NCBI GenBank assembly: GCA_052426225.1
Contig: JBNJNM010000007.1
Location: forward strand, 744,001 to 808,000
Reading direction: 5' to 3'
Length of the DNA stretch: 64,000 nucleotides
Source of the DNA: Zancudomyces culisetae HAW-14-8
Taxonomy: Eukaryota; Fungi; Kickxellomycota
Shown here: positions 24,901 through 37,138 of the stretch, one piece after another
Layout: each line of letters starts with the position of its first letter
How positions within the stretch are numbered: the stretch's first letter is position 1
The notes under the pieces: model-generated
Told to the model about the DNA's origin: nothing
What the model saw: only the letters and a program-made list of their open reading frames with translations
The model's database searches: none
Program-made: the position numbers and the translations under genes

Positions 24901-25373
24901 TTTTTCAAAGAAAAATTTGTTAATACCTTTATCATTAATAATACAAATAGATAACTATAAAGTTAAAATCAAGTCATACTAAAGTCAAAACTTACTATGG
25001 GCCACACTGACTTCACCATCGGAATAGAGGAAATTTTATTCAAGTATTTAGAATCCACATCTATTGAAGCACCATGCATCAAGTGGCTGTTGTACACCTG
25101 TCGGACCTTATACGGAACGTCTTTTTTAGCCATCTCAGCTTTAAAAATTGCTTGCTGTTTATCAAAGTCTTTCAAAAATGAATCGGCAGAATCTCTATCA
25201 ATACTCATACTCTGAATGTGTTTTGGTAGGTGAAACTCAACTATCGAAGCATCTTTGATAGCACTCACTCCATTTTCGTTAAATTCTTCCGTGAAATCAT
25301 GTTCAATAATTTTGCTTGATAATACTGGTGTTACCAGCACCAGTATTGCGCCTAAAAAGTTAATATATAGCAT
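21993..25373 (-). CDS. Secreted subtilisin-like S8 protease (signal peptide, I9 propeptide, PA domain, Fn3-like C-terminus; Vpr/C5a-peptidase-like architecture)
   Basis: Exons 25373-24996, 24883-24178, 24076-21993. Catalytic triad AIIDSG, GHGTHVSG, SGTSMAAP. PA domain GKILFVQRGECTFQDKIENAQKAGADGVVIYNN. Signal peptide MLYINFLGAILVLVTPVLS. Confidence 0.93.
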
Positions 25374-27363
25374 TTTTCACGCAAATTCTACTTTCTTCCA
25401 ATATTTCTTTAGTTGCTTGCCGGTACTGTTACTCTGATACCTAGTATTACTTTATTGGAAGTACAATTTTTGCATTTATGCTTTTTTTTACTGATACCTT
25501 TATATTTATTATTTCTTTGAGTTTACTTTTTATAGTTTAAAGTCCAGTGTATACTATAAATAATATAATGAATGGATGAATTAAAAACTAAATAGTACAA
25601 ACTATAATAAAACGGAAGGAAATGAATTAGAAAGCTAGCCTGTGTTTTGAATTGGATTAATACCTATTGAAAAGAAAAAAAAGAGAAAATCCCCTTTCTA
25701 TTAGTGTTGTTGTTCAATACTCTATAAGCATTGGAATACCAACATACCTAGTACCTCGAGAATATTAAGGCATTTCCCTTTTCTTCAACTAATTTCTTTC
25801 TAGAGTTGCATATTAGACGCAAAGATAATATTAAAACAATTCGATATTTAATTCTAGTAACTCTCGATCTACATTATTTTAAAAGCCAATTCACTACAAC
25901 CTACAAATAAATGCATGAATATAGGGGGGGTTAGCCCTCTTGTTTTTGCCTGTGCCATATTTCTGTCGTTCTATTGAGAAAAGACAAACTCTGATTAGCT
26001 TGAACGGGAATCCCGAAAGTTCCATAGCATAAGTACAATATAACTTTAGCATTACAACTAAAATTTCGCGGCTTTACACTCGAACATCGCTTTCGCCTAC
26101 TTGAAATGAAAAAACAAGTCGCTAACAGAATTCTAAAAGCTCGATTTGTGGATATATTTCTGCATTAACACTCAACTCACCCCCTCATTTCAGGGTATTT
26201 GAAAAATTGTGACACGCTTGTTACACGCTATTGGTATTTCGCGAACATAAAAAAATCGAGGTTAAATTCAATATAAACATTCCCCAGGTTAGGTAGTTTA
26301 TGATGTTCATAGATGCTCTAGATGTAGCTAATTTCATTTCCATTGCAACAGGATAGCTTTAATTTAGCTATAAAACGAGAAAAATGCTCAGCTAATTGGA
26401 TACTGCCATTTTACTCGCACAAAAAAAAGCATCCCTATCCACTCGCTCACATATCCACTTGCATAATCTCTCCTACCAGCTGTTATTCGAGCCTCTCCCC
26501 TCTCTCTCACCCTTCCTGTACATCATAAAGTTAGTGTGTAAGTATGGGAATGGAGGAAAAAACAGAACTCAGAAGTGTTAAACACCCGAATATCGTGGGA
26601 ACACATCCCGCGCCCACTTTTGGAACTTTACTATTTTTTAGATGAGTTTTGTAAAAGAGTAGTAGGTGTAATGCAAAGTGTAGTATAGATGTGAAGTTAA
26701 CATCTCATAAACTTGCATCGCTTCACAGGCACATCCCCGCAAGTTAGAGGAGACATTCAGTGTTGGTTCTTTAAACATCATTCATTTGAGAGTACACGTC
26801 GAGAACCCAGCCAAGCGATATATGATTTTGATAAATCCGGGTTGGTAGTTGTGTAGCAGTACCAGCGAATACAGGTCATTGATGTTTGTGTAAAGTGAAA
26901 TTTCAACTCCAAGGTTGCTCCTCCCCTGTCTTAGCACAGTTCAGACATTATGTCAACTGAATACTGGGTGCTATTGACAAACTAGCAGTGAGCTTTTATA
27001 TAATAGAATGGATATACATATCTATAATAACAGCTAAAAGAAGAGTTTTTTGATAGATATGAACTATGTTGCAATACAAGAAAATTATTAAACGTGCCTT
27101 ATGAATGAATCACCGATAGCAAAAACCCAACCCCTACTGATTTTTTCCTCCAGTTAATGAGATAGCTACATCCAAGCTGATTATATTAGTTTTTAGTGTA
27201 TAGTTCTTCGAAATTGAAATCGCAAAAATCAAACACAATTATTGTGAATACAAACAACTGGAAAATAATACAAATTCCTTTCTCACTAAATTTCTTGAAG
27301 ATTATCCTAAATACGAGCACAATTTTAAAATAGAGCTTTCTGGAAATTTGAGTTCAAAAGAGT

Positions 27364-28547
27364 ATGGAAAAGACAATCCCGACATCACGCGAAGAAAATA
27401 CAGGAAGTATGACGAAGGGGGAAAAAACTGAAGACAAGGAATTGGTTGCATTGCATTACAATCTCAGACCAGAAATTACTCTGGAATCAAGGAAACAATC
27501 GGTTATAATTCGTATGCGCAGCTTTAATAATTGGATAAAATCAGTGTTGATTGCAAAGTATTCGAGAAAAGATAGGGAAAAGATCTTGGATGTAGGCTGT
27601 GGAAAGGGAGGGGATTTGCTAAAATGGAGAAAAGTGAATATTTCAGATTATGTTGGGCTGGGTAAGTTTAATAAACCATCATATTTACAAGATGGGTACA
27701 AACGAAATCGGATAATACACTACGCTTAGATATATGGAAAACGTGGTGCTTGTATGCTTTTAATCAAGCTGGTGGTAAAAGACACAATTCTATAAAAAAA
27801 AAAAAATGCAAAAACAAATAGATATTGCGGAAAGGTCGGTTGAAGAGGCAGAAAGACGATATCAGAAAATGAGAAATCGAAGATTCAGGGCACGTTTTTA
27901 TGTACATGATTGTTACGGAGAACCACTAAGCAAAATAGAAGGATTGCGAGGGTTCAAGGCGGATATTGTTAGTATACAGTTTTCAATACACTATGCATTC
28001 GAAACCGAAGCCAAGGTTCGACAGATGCTTTCGAATGTATCTGAGCATTTAGAACAAGGGGGGCTTTTAATAGGCACCACACTAGATTCATACTACTTGG
28101 CGTAAGTATTTCAAAATATTCCTAGATAGACTATCATATAGTGAGCCAATACAAACGCGATGTGCGATTGTTTGCCATAATAGGAAACGACTGGCGAATT
28201 CTCCAGGACTATCATTTGGGAATTCAGTATTTAACATTAGATTTGAAAAAAAGACATCGGAGAGCGTTTTTGGCAGGAGATATTGGTTTGTATTAGAGGA
28301 TGCAGTCGATGACTGTCCAGAGTACTTGGTCCATTTTCCAACTTTTATCAAACTTGCAAGAGAGTATGGAATGGAGTTTTTATACAAGGAGTGTTTCCAT
28401 GATTTCTACCAGAAATCTATAAACACTTATGAGCATGTTGACCTTTTCGGATATATGAAAGTAGTAGATAGTGATGGTGGACAACCATCGACAGATGAAT
28501 GGGAGGCTGCAGGGATGTATTTGATATTCGCATTTAGAAAGCTTTAG
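27364..28547 (+). CDS. ABD1: mRNA cap guanine-N7 methyltransferase (Abd1/RNMT)
   Basis: Exons 27364-27661, 27822-28101, 28184-28547. Motifs VALHYN, MRSFNNWIKSVLI, LDVGCGKGGDLLKW, G/LDIA, SIQFSIHYAFE, FVLEDAVDDCPEYLVHFPTF and YLIFAFRK. Confidence 0.95.
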
Positions 28548-28917
28548 TTTTTTTTTCTGTAAAACATTGTATTTATTTGCCTAAGCATACCTTTAATCTT
28601 TTGTAATATTCTTTACTGAAGTGCCAAGTTAATTTTTTTAAACAGAATATATATTTGAGACGAGTGGGTAAATACGCAAATGTAGACAACGTGTTTGTTC
28701 AATATATACCTAGAGGGTATATTGATAAGGATATTCTCTTTATTCAAGCTCTGGTTTTGTCATATGGTAGTTGGTTTATGTGAATACCAGATTATCCAAA
28801 ACGATCAGAGAAATATAATCAAAATGAAAATCAGAACCAAAATCAAAGCTAAAACTAAAATCAAGATCAAAAACCAAAGCCGATGAATGAAACTTGTATA
28901 CAAAATGCGTTTAGATT

Positions 28918-29956
28918 TTAGTTTCTCTGGTATTCGCCCCCAAGGTCAATAGGTGTGGCATCCTCTTCGTCAAGTTGATCATAGATAGTATCTCCTCCTA
29001 GCAAAAAAAAAATATATTCAAAGGGTTGAGTGGTGATAATTACGTAACGTTGAAATATAAAACATGCAGAGATCCGGTAAAGAAATGCTATTATGGATCA
29101 AACGAAGAGGATACAAAATAAAAATGCAGAATAAAACTCACTGAAACTCAATCCTGGGTCTGTGGATCGGCTGCCGCTTAGAGATTGGATCGAAGTGGCA
29201 ACAGTAAATGGCTATCAAGTTTATTCGGGACAAGTTAATTAAGTCACGCTTTTAAAACACTTATCAATAGAACTCTGGCTTACCTTCAAGATTATATTTA
29301 AGAGCACAAATCTACAGAATAATATGGTTTTTCGGTTACTTTCCGTTTATATTTTAAAAAAATACTGTAATAGATAAAACGTAATAAACGTTTACTGGAT
29401 CAATACCAAACTACTTACAATATATTTATCCCGATGCTGTCGGTAATCAACATCCAGAAAATATCCAGAATAATCGTAAACGCAACCAGTACCGCAAACT
29501 ATTTGATATTTTCATAAATACCATTTTTCAATGTTAACGAACAAATCAAAAGTACAGGATCTCTTTAATTAAAAAAAAAGTGGTAAGGTGATAGATACGT
29601 GTTAGCTGAAAGAATATGTTACCCTTTTGATTTGTTTTTCATTAGCGTCGTTTGATTGTGTGATGACAAGACCAAACAAATAGATTGGTAAGTTATAGCT
29701 TGGATTCGGTCCAAGTGCGGTAAGCATGGAAAGTGCCTTTTGTAAACCAAATATAAATTACTCGAATTAGTATTAAAGATTCTGTACAGGTGTATTGAAA
29801 GTAATAAAAAGAATCTCATTATGTGATTCGTATAAATAGGAGGGTAAAGGATGTTAAATTGATCGAGTTTTTTTTAAGAAAATCAAAACTTACGACGTGT
29901 GCCAAGATTAATTGAGCAAGATCGAGTTTCTGTGCCGTAGAATTTATAACGTCCAT
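28918..29956 (-). CDS. AGTRAP-family-like small multi-pass membrane protein (144 aa, six exons; absent from the ORF track)
   Basis: Exons 29956-29894, 29736-29623, 29498-29419, 29311-29284, 29211-29142, 28997-28918. All introns are GT-AG and the phases are consistent (435 nt). Product: MDVINSTAQKLDLAQLILAHVALSMLTALGPNPSYNLPIYLFGLVITQSNDANEKQIKRFAVLVAFTIILDIFWMLITDSIGINILFVLLNIILKPFTVATSIQSLSGSRSTDPGLSFRGDTIYDQLDEEDATPIDLGGEYQRN. Confidence 0.75.
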
Positions 29957-32900
29957 ATTCTTTGCGTTTGTTTATACCTAGTATGATATATATAACCTTG
30001 TTCTTATTATTCTATGTCTAGAAAATGAACTATCTTTGCTGCTGTTATATAGCTCCACAGTTCGAATACCGAAAACGGGAATTAAACGGATTTGAAACGA
30101 AAATGCGAAAATGGATTTTTTTTTGTTTTGGGAATAATGTTATTTATTTTAGCAATAGAGAAAAATTAGGAGGATAAATCAATTGAAACTAAACTACACA
30201 AGTGTCTGGGAAAAAATGTTGAAACGATACTGTGTTACTTAATCTTGGATATTTTTGGGGCTAGAAGCCCTTGGTTGGATTTCAGAGTGTATAAGTGGTA
30301 TACATGAGTTATGTCTCATAAAACCAAGTAAAAATAATATACAATTTACTGCACGCCAGTGACTACATTAACGGCCATCTGGAACCCAATATACAAACAT
30401 ACCGACTCTTTTTTTATTTCCTTTAGTTAAGGCCATGTTGATATTCCCTGGAATCTTGTATTTGCTTGTAAATTTTTTACGGAAAATAGGGTTTGAGGGA
30501 AAGTCGAAAAAATGGAGGTGAAATCTTAACCAGGGGCAATATCAACACATAAAGCAACTGTTGGCATAACAGTCAAGACTTATAAATGAATAAATAAATA
30601 TAGGAAGGAAGGGTAGTCTCGCCGCTTTCATACCTGCTAATAACCAAACACTTATGTTTAAACCTAATATCAAATTCTTCGTACGACTGAAAGGTGTATA
30701 GTTTCCAAGTTTTGCTTATTTTCAACCAAGCTATCCATGCTCTCTTTTGGCAACACGAATACAGTCACTATGAAAATAGTAAAAACCTTGGCTTAAATAA
30801 AAGCTGGCTACTAGTTCTCAGTATAAGCAAAGCTCGGCATCTGATCATTTGCCAAGAGCTAAAATTGGTAAGCCGGGTATCGCTGATATGATCAAAGTGT
30901 CCAAATGTTAGAAATATCCTGTATTTACTTTACGTACCTGTTGATACACCTTATCTTTATACCCAGTATTGTAAATATGACTCTGCCTTTGAATCAAAGA
31001 AACCGTTGAGATAAAAGTTGTATAGAATGAAAGAGAACCAAGCATTTGCTGCAATCTGTGAATCTTTAGGTTAATAAGCAAAACAAACATCTGAGAGTAA
31101 GGAATAAAAAGCTACTCTTCAATCATAATACAATATATCCGGTTCTGTAAAGCAACCTATACCACTATTTCAGTGTCGGTGCGACATTTACCACCTCAAC
31201 TTGTTTTCGTTAGTATGCACATAGAAACGTATAGTGTAGTAACAAGTGCACCCTCGTTCCTGAGCTCAAAGACACCCGTATTTGTACACTTAAAGAAAAA
31301 AAAATAGAAAAATAGAAAATCTGGGAGCAAGAGGGATCTATGTTTCAATAACGCTAGTGTTAAGCTGAATATTTTTTTTCCAAATCATTTTCCGAACTCT
31401 GGAACTCTTTTCAATTTTCATTAATGTATGATAACAACTTTATTTTTAATGCTGAGGTGTAATCTACAGCTGTAACACTTTGGCAGTCGCAAAGTTGCCT
31501 GAGTTTGGAAACTGGTGGTCATTACATAAACAATGCTCAACAGGGTTTAGAATGCTAACACATATAGATGTAGCAGGTTATACGTAGAGATAAGGTATAG
31601 ATTGGCTGAGGGATGGTAGATATGGATGTAGATTTGAGGTTGGGGTGGATGGGTTATGAGTGTGTGTGGACATGTGTATGGACATGTGTATGAGTGTAAA
31701 AAATCCTCAACCCTTGTGTTTCAGGTCTATTTTCTATGCTCACTTGTATCATTGTTTTCAAAACACAGAACAAGTTCTTACTGATGGGTGGTCAGAATAC
31801 TAACATATCCAAAAATCCGCTCCAAAAAAAGGGGAGGGAATAGATCTAACCGCGCCTGATAATAGGGTGGCTCGCCACTCTGTTCCTAAAAACTCTGTTG
31901 ATGAGTATCCCAACCCATACACAAAACACTTCAAACATGTTGCAAAACCGAGTTACACGTGCAAAAGTAAAACGAAAATTCCATCTAAAGGTGATTATTT
32001 GGCTATGATTTAAAGACAAACATCTGCCATTTAAATATGGCTGAAAACTTTGCTTATGTGATAATGACAATTTACGCAAAAATAAAGAAAAGGAAAGGAT
32101 AAGCGCATCAAAGACGGAAAAGGTTGAACTTTTTTTGACATTTAATGGTCACAATATTATACGCTGTTTATGTTTACTTGATGGGCTTTTTTTTTTTGAT
32201 TTCCGATATTAAAGTGGAGAACGTGACCTCTGGGTCCTGTGAAAGCGAATAACATAATACACGGAAGGGCTATTACATGACCTTTTGGGATGAACTTGTT
32301 ATTTGGTTTTTTCTCTTATATATTTACTTATTTTTTTAAAAAAGGTTATAATTGAGTAGGATGGAGGGGGGAGGCGATAAATATGTTTATATCGATTGTT
32401 TCAGCCTTTAGGTACCAAAAGGTAAATCCTAAAATATGGTAGCGGTATTTTAAGCAAATTAGCTGGCACTATGTGGCTTTCTTTATCCTAAAGCTGTTTT
32501 TGAAATAGAAGGGTTGTTACACATCTTCTGGTGACAGATGGTCGCTGTTTGGGTTATATTTATTACCAGATCAGCAACGTGTTAGTGATGAGCTAAAGCA
32601 CATACCGTTTCATAGTCAATAGTACCATTTGTTCATCCATCTGGGATAAGCTTGTTTACAACTCAGGCTAGGTTGGTTAACAGTATATTGTTTATCGTAT
32701 CTTTATCGCCAGGTTATTACTCGGCGTTTTTATCACAAATAGATTTCGTGCGATTACGTAAAAAAACCATGCAGAACCTGGAAATGCGAGTTTGAACTTG
32801 GCCTAAGTGGAAGCAAAAAATAATCTAAAAGAGTCATAAAGTGTATAAACCAGCAAACCAGGATAAAGAAAAAAATCTTGAACAGGTGATTCAACTTGGT

Positions 32901-33614
32901 TAGATGAATAAATAGAAAATGGTGCAAACTTAAGGGAGGGGGGAGGCAGCTTTGTTTTGTTGAGCTAAAATTTCACATTTACGTCTATACCTGTGTCAAT
33001 AACATTTAGGTAAAATTGCGCAATTCTTTTTTCCAATCTATTTTGATTAATTGTGATTAAAAAGAAAAAAACTAGTGCCATAGACATAATAGGTACGCCA
33101 AAAAAGGGGAAAGAATGTGTGATAAGTATAGGATTGGATGGCTATAGATTGGTAAATTTGTGATTGGGCCATTACTCAAAGGAGGTGGAAAAACAAAAAA
33201 GTTTTTGAAAAAAAATATAAATGCGAGTTGTAATGGAGTTGGAGACAGTTTTGCAACAGACATTCAAAATCGCAGACAACACAAGCTTGGCTTTTTTAAA
33301 AAAAAAACATATATATAAGTACAATTTAGCAAGAAACCTGAATAAAGTACACAGGTTTATACCAAACGGAAACAATGCGTAATAGGTAGAGTCAGGGTGG
33401 ACTTTCATTACTTTTTTCCGATTTGCATGGAGTGCTTTTAGGATAGGAAATCAACTGCGAAAAAGCGAGAAATAGCTGAAAAATAGCGATATAATATTAC
33501 AAGTTAAATAATCTCAAATACCATTACCTTCTCTTTTTCCTATCATAAGGATCACATCAAAAATAACAAAACCCAATATAAGGTTCGTACATATGCAGTT
33601 ACAAAAGATCAAAG

Positions 33615-36257
33615 ATGGAGAGAATTTCAAGATATTCGTTCAACAACTCTGTAAAAGAGAGTAGTCCATATCAAAGGGTGTTAGGATCGGGGAATGATAG
33701 TATTGGAAAAGAAGTGGAGGGGAATATGACGGAATATCAACACAACACTGAGCAAGTGGATGCTACAGATTTTGAAAGGTACAATGGATATAGCAGGTAC
33801 ATGGAAAAAGGACAATATTACCACGAAGAGCAGTATAGAAACAAAAACAATAAAAATAAAAACAACAGCAGTATAGAAATATATAGTACACCTGAACTCA
33901 ACTTTGACCTGTCCGGCTATAACTATAGCAAGCCAGTTAATAAAGAACATGGTTTAAATCACAAATCCCAATATTTGGAGTATAGTACGAAAATGCGAGA
34001 GAATTTTTATGAAACAAGAACGAAAAGAGAATTGGAATTCGTACGGGATTCGACCACCAATAACGTGGGCACAAACTATAACAGTTTATACAGTACGAGA
34101 TATAGCTCTACAGGAGGCGAGAGCTCAAGTGGGAGTTTTACCACGAATGACGGCGACGATGATCATAAATATACAAATAGTTTAAAACGACCGAGGTCGC
34201 ACGATATGTACCAGACATCTGATGAGATTAACAGCGTCGATATGAAGTATCGGAACAGGGGTAAATCCAACGAGCTGAGCTGGGCGCAGGCTGAGAATGC
34301 GGAGGGTTATAAGGTTAGAAAGTTAGACAGTGGTGATGGTGGTAGCGGTATCGATGGTAGAAATGTGGCAGAAGAACGAGAAAGCTATCACACAAACCCC
34401 AACGAACATAACCACAATTATAGCCACAAACACCAGTATAGACATGAGACTCAACTTCACTACAATGATAGTCATAGCAGTGGTAATCTCTATGATAGCT
34501 ATTATTGTGATTATTACGGTAACCAAAAGAAGAACAAAAAAGAATTTGAGGATACGCGGGATGACAAGAGAGTGAAGATAGTGGTAGAAACAGCACCAAT
34601 GATTCTTCCTACAGCAATAGGCGAAAGAAGCAAAGACGATTCACTGGCTGCCCATCAAACTAATGAAGGAAGCCTTGAATATGAGATGATGGATAATCCT
34701 CAGCACCATCACCATCACCACCACTCTCTACATCAACAACGACAGAGCCAGCATGATCAGTCTAGCATTCATAACACTATGCTAAGGAGTTATGGGATTC
34801 CTCAGCCATACTTTTCACATGAAAATTTATACGAAGATGTCGAAGACGAGGATGAGGATGATGACGATGAGGAAAATCAGGGTATTTACAAAGTTGATAG
34901 CCGGAAGAGCGTATACATCTCGCCACCCAGATACAAAAGTTATGAGATGGAATCCGACATTCAAAGTCTGGGGCTAGGAAAGCCACCACAAGAAAAGACC
35001 GTTACAAAAAGTGGTTTGACTACTGGGGATAACGTAATGTCGATAAGCAACCTAATTTTTGCACATGATAGCATCGAAGATCAACGTACTGGAGGCGATG
35101 AGCATCCAAGGGAGAAAAAAACAACCAGCAACCCACTACTAGGGATAACAGATTTTATTCGCACCGAGTTGGAGCAACTGAAAACTCGGGATTGTACTGA
35201 ACCCACCACAAATAAGATTTGCGACGAAGACTCCTCAAAAACCACAACATCCGTTGTAAAACCACAAAGACGAAGGAAACTAAGTATTGGCAATAACAAA
35301 AAAAAGAAAGCCGATTCTCCTGGAAAGAAACCACACGAGAATGTCGCCGTCCAGGAAAATGTACAAGTAAACAACTCAGATGACAAAAACCAAGAAACTC
35401 TTGATGTATCAACAAAACTGGATATTCCAAAAGAAGCATATGCCGAGGCTCAGTCTTTATACGACCAAATAAAAGGAACAAAAACCATTCAGAGCCGCCG
35501 ACCGGTCCAGAAAAAAGCATCTATAATTGCTGCACTGCTATTTATCATATGTAAAAACAAAGGATACCCACGAACATTCAATGAGATTTGTAGCGCTACA
35601 AAAGTCTCAAAACGAGATATAGGGATGTACTATAAACTAATAAAGGCTCTGGTTGTGCTTCCTGGCATTGAAACCTCCGAAGATTCACTCACGCAGCATC
35701 TCAATCCAAATGACTTTATTAAACGCTGGTGTATGTTCATGTCATTGCCTGAGGTTGTTTTCAATTCAGCTATTTTTATGTATCACAAGGCAGACCAGCT
35801 AAACCTGGTAATTGGGAAGTGTCCTGTAAGTATTGGTGCCACGTGCATTTGGCTGATTGTTTGGTGTTTGCAGAGACTTGATTTTCTCATTGAACTAGAT
35901 TTTAAACTCCCTGAGAATACTTTTGTCAACTCTGCTGGCGTCCCGACAGTCAAATCATCCCCTTCAGCTCCACCACGAAAACTTTTATCACTTTCCTCAT
36001 CACTACGCCCCACTTTATCCATATCTGCATCTTCTACATCCACATCTACACCATCTCCCCCGTCTACAACATCTCCGCCCTCCCTCCCCGATAGCAGCTA
36101 CCCATATTCCGGCATCTCTTTAAAGGATGTTTGCAAGGTGACCAATGTCACTCCCACAACACTTTTGTCCGTCTTTAAATTGCTTCTTCCAAGCCTTCAC
36201 AGTCTACTTCCCCTAACCTTTGTTTCTGATGTGTCACAGCTGATTTCTTTGGAATAA
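33615..36257 (+). CDS. TFIIB-related protein: two C-terminal cyclin-fold repeats, long low-complexity N-terminus, no zinc ribbon
   Basis: IAALLFIICKNKGYPRTFNEICSATKVSKRDIGMYYKLI, PNDFIKRWCMFMSL, GKCPVSIGATCIWL and ISLKDVCKVTNVTPTTL match TFIIB core repeats. No CxxC..CxxCG ribbon is visible in the ORF. Confidence 0.8.
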   Translation: MERISRYSFNNSVKESSPYQRVLGSGNDSIGKEVEGNMTEYQHNTEQVDATDFERYNGYSRYMEKGQYYHEEQYRNKNNKNKNNSSIEIYSTPELNFDLSGYNYSKPVNKEHGLNHKSQYLEYSTKMRENFYETRTKRELEFVRDSTTNNVGTNYNSLYSTRYSSTGGESSSGSFTTNDGDDDHKYTNSLKRPRSHDMYQTSDEINSVDMKYRNRGKSNELSWAQAENAEGYKVRKLDSGDGGSGIDGRNVAEERESYHTNPNEHNHNYSHKHQYRHETQLHYNDSHSSGNLYDSYYCDYYGNQKKNKKEFEDTRDDKRVKIVVETAPMILPTAIGERSKDDSLAAHQTNEGSLEYEMMDNPQHHHHHHHSLHQQRQSQHDQSSIHNTMLRSYGIPQPYFSHENLYEDVEDEDEDDDDEENQGIYKVDSRKSVYISPPRYKSYEMESDIQSLGLGKPPQEKTVTKSGLTTGDNVMSISNLIFAHDSIEDQRTGGDEHPREKKTTSNPLLGITDFIRTELEQLKTRDCTEPTTNKICDEDSSKTTTSVVKPQRRRKLSIGNNKKKKADSPGKKPHENVAVQENVQVNNSDDKNQETLDVSTKLDIPKEAYAEAQSLYDQIKGTKTIQSRRPVQKKASIIAALLFIICKNKGYPRTFNEICSATKVSKRDIGMYYKLIKALVVLPGIETSEDSLTQHLNPNDFIKRWCMFMSLPEVVFNSAIFMYHKADQLNLVIGKCPVSIGATCIWLIVWCLQRLDFLIELDFKLPENTFVNSAGVPTVKSSPSAPPRKLLSLSSSLRPTLSISASSTSTSTPSPPSTTSPPSLPDSSYPYSGISLKDVCKVTNVTPTTLLSVFKLLLPSLHSLLPLTFVSDVSQLISLE

Positions 36258-36547
36258 TTTATACCATATCCCAAATTCTTTTTTTTTTTTCACTGATATT
36301 TGTACTTTTATTTTGTCCCCTTTGATTATTTATGCCCTCCATAAATTATGTACTAAAAAAAATATTTTTTCTTTTACATTTAACTCTGCCAATTACCAAA
36401 TAAATCAATGTTTTTCTCTTGCTTAAGTAGCTGGATAGTGTTCTAATTAATACACAGGTAGATCGAATCGACAAAAGTTGGCGATTTAATAATAGAGTTG
36501 TGCCAAAGGAGGAGTTACATACCAGGATAAACTAACGAAATCGAGCC

Positions 36548-37138
36548 ATGTCACTACAAGAACTGTCAGGCCTCCTGGTTCAGTGGTACGAACTTCACAA
36601 AAATGGTATAAAGATTCTTGCAACACTTGGAAAACCCGCCGAAAATCCTCGCGAATCTCTAAATCCCGAGTCTACTGTTTCGCCAACTCAATTCAAAGAC
36701 GCACAATCTCCACTCGATACAGCCAAATTCAGCAAATTAGACGGCATCATTGAGCAAATGAGCCAGATAATGCTAAAGGTTCATACTCTGGTTAAAGAAC
36801 AGTCGAAATGCGTAAAATCATCTCTTTCTTCTCAACAGGATCCTTCTTTGAACTCTCAAAAGAACGAGACTGTTGGAGAAAAATCTGGAAATGAGGCCGG
36901 AAATGAGACTAAAAAGCCCCAGTTTAGCTTTTTAAAGACGCTGAATGCTGCTAAAGCCCCAGTGGTTTCGTTAGATCCCGAAAATATAGTTAACGTATCA
37001 TTTGATTTTGAAAACGAACTACAACTCAAAGAAATAATAGTCAATTTATTAAGACCGACTGGAAACTGTACTTTGGCGCAACACGACCACCTAATATCGC
37101 TTTGGACGCATTTACCTTTTGTCTTTCAGTATTTTTAG
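36548..37138 (+). CDS. Hypothetical coiled-coil protein, possibly CINP/C1orf109-like
   Basis: 196-aa ORF. N-terminal QWYELHKNG and C-terminal ELQLKEIIV..LISLWTHLPFV recall the W..L...G and ELxxKxxI..W.hqP patterns of CINP. Family call is from memory only. Confidence 0.5.
   Translation: MSLQELSGLLVQWYELHKNGIKILATLGKPAENPRESLNPESTVSPTQFKDAQSPLDTAKFSKLDGIIEQMSQIMLKVHTLVKEQSKCVKSSLSSQQDPSLNSQKNETVGEKSGNEAGNETKKPQFSFLKTLNAAKAPVVSLDPENIVNVSFDFENELQLKEIIVNLLRPTGNCTLAQHDHLISLWTHLPFVFQYF

Noticed and set aside
21993-25373. Bacterial horizontal transfer of the Vpr-like subtilase
   Set aside because: It has two spliceosomal introns, and this architecture is widespread in fungi.
30955-31070. Minus-strand frame WFSFILYNFYLNGFFD, resembling a LINE reverse-transcriptase motif
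   Set aside because: Too short, with no QG or YADD motifs nearby; cannot be supported.
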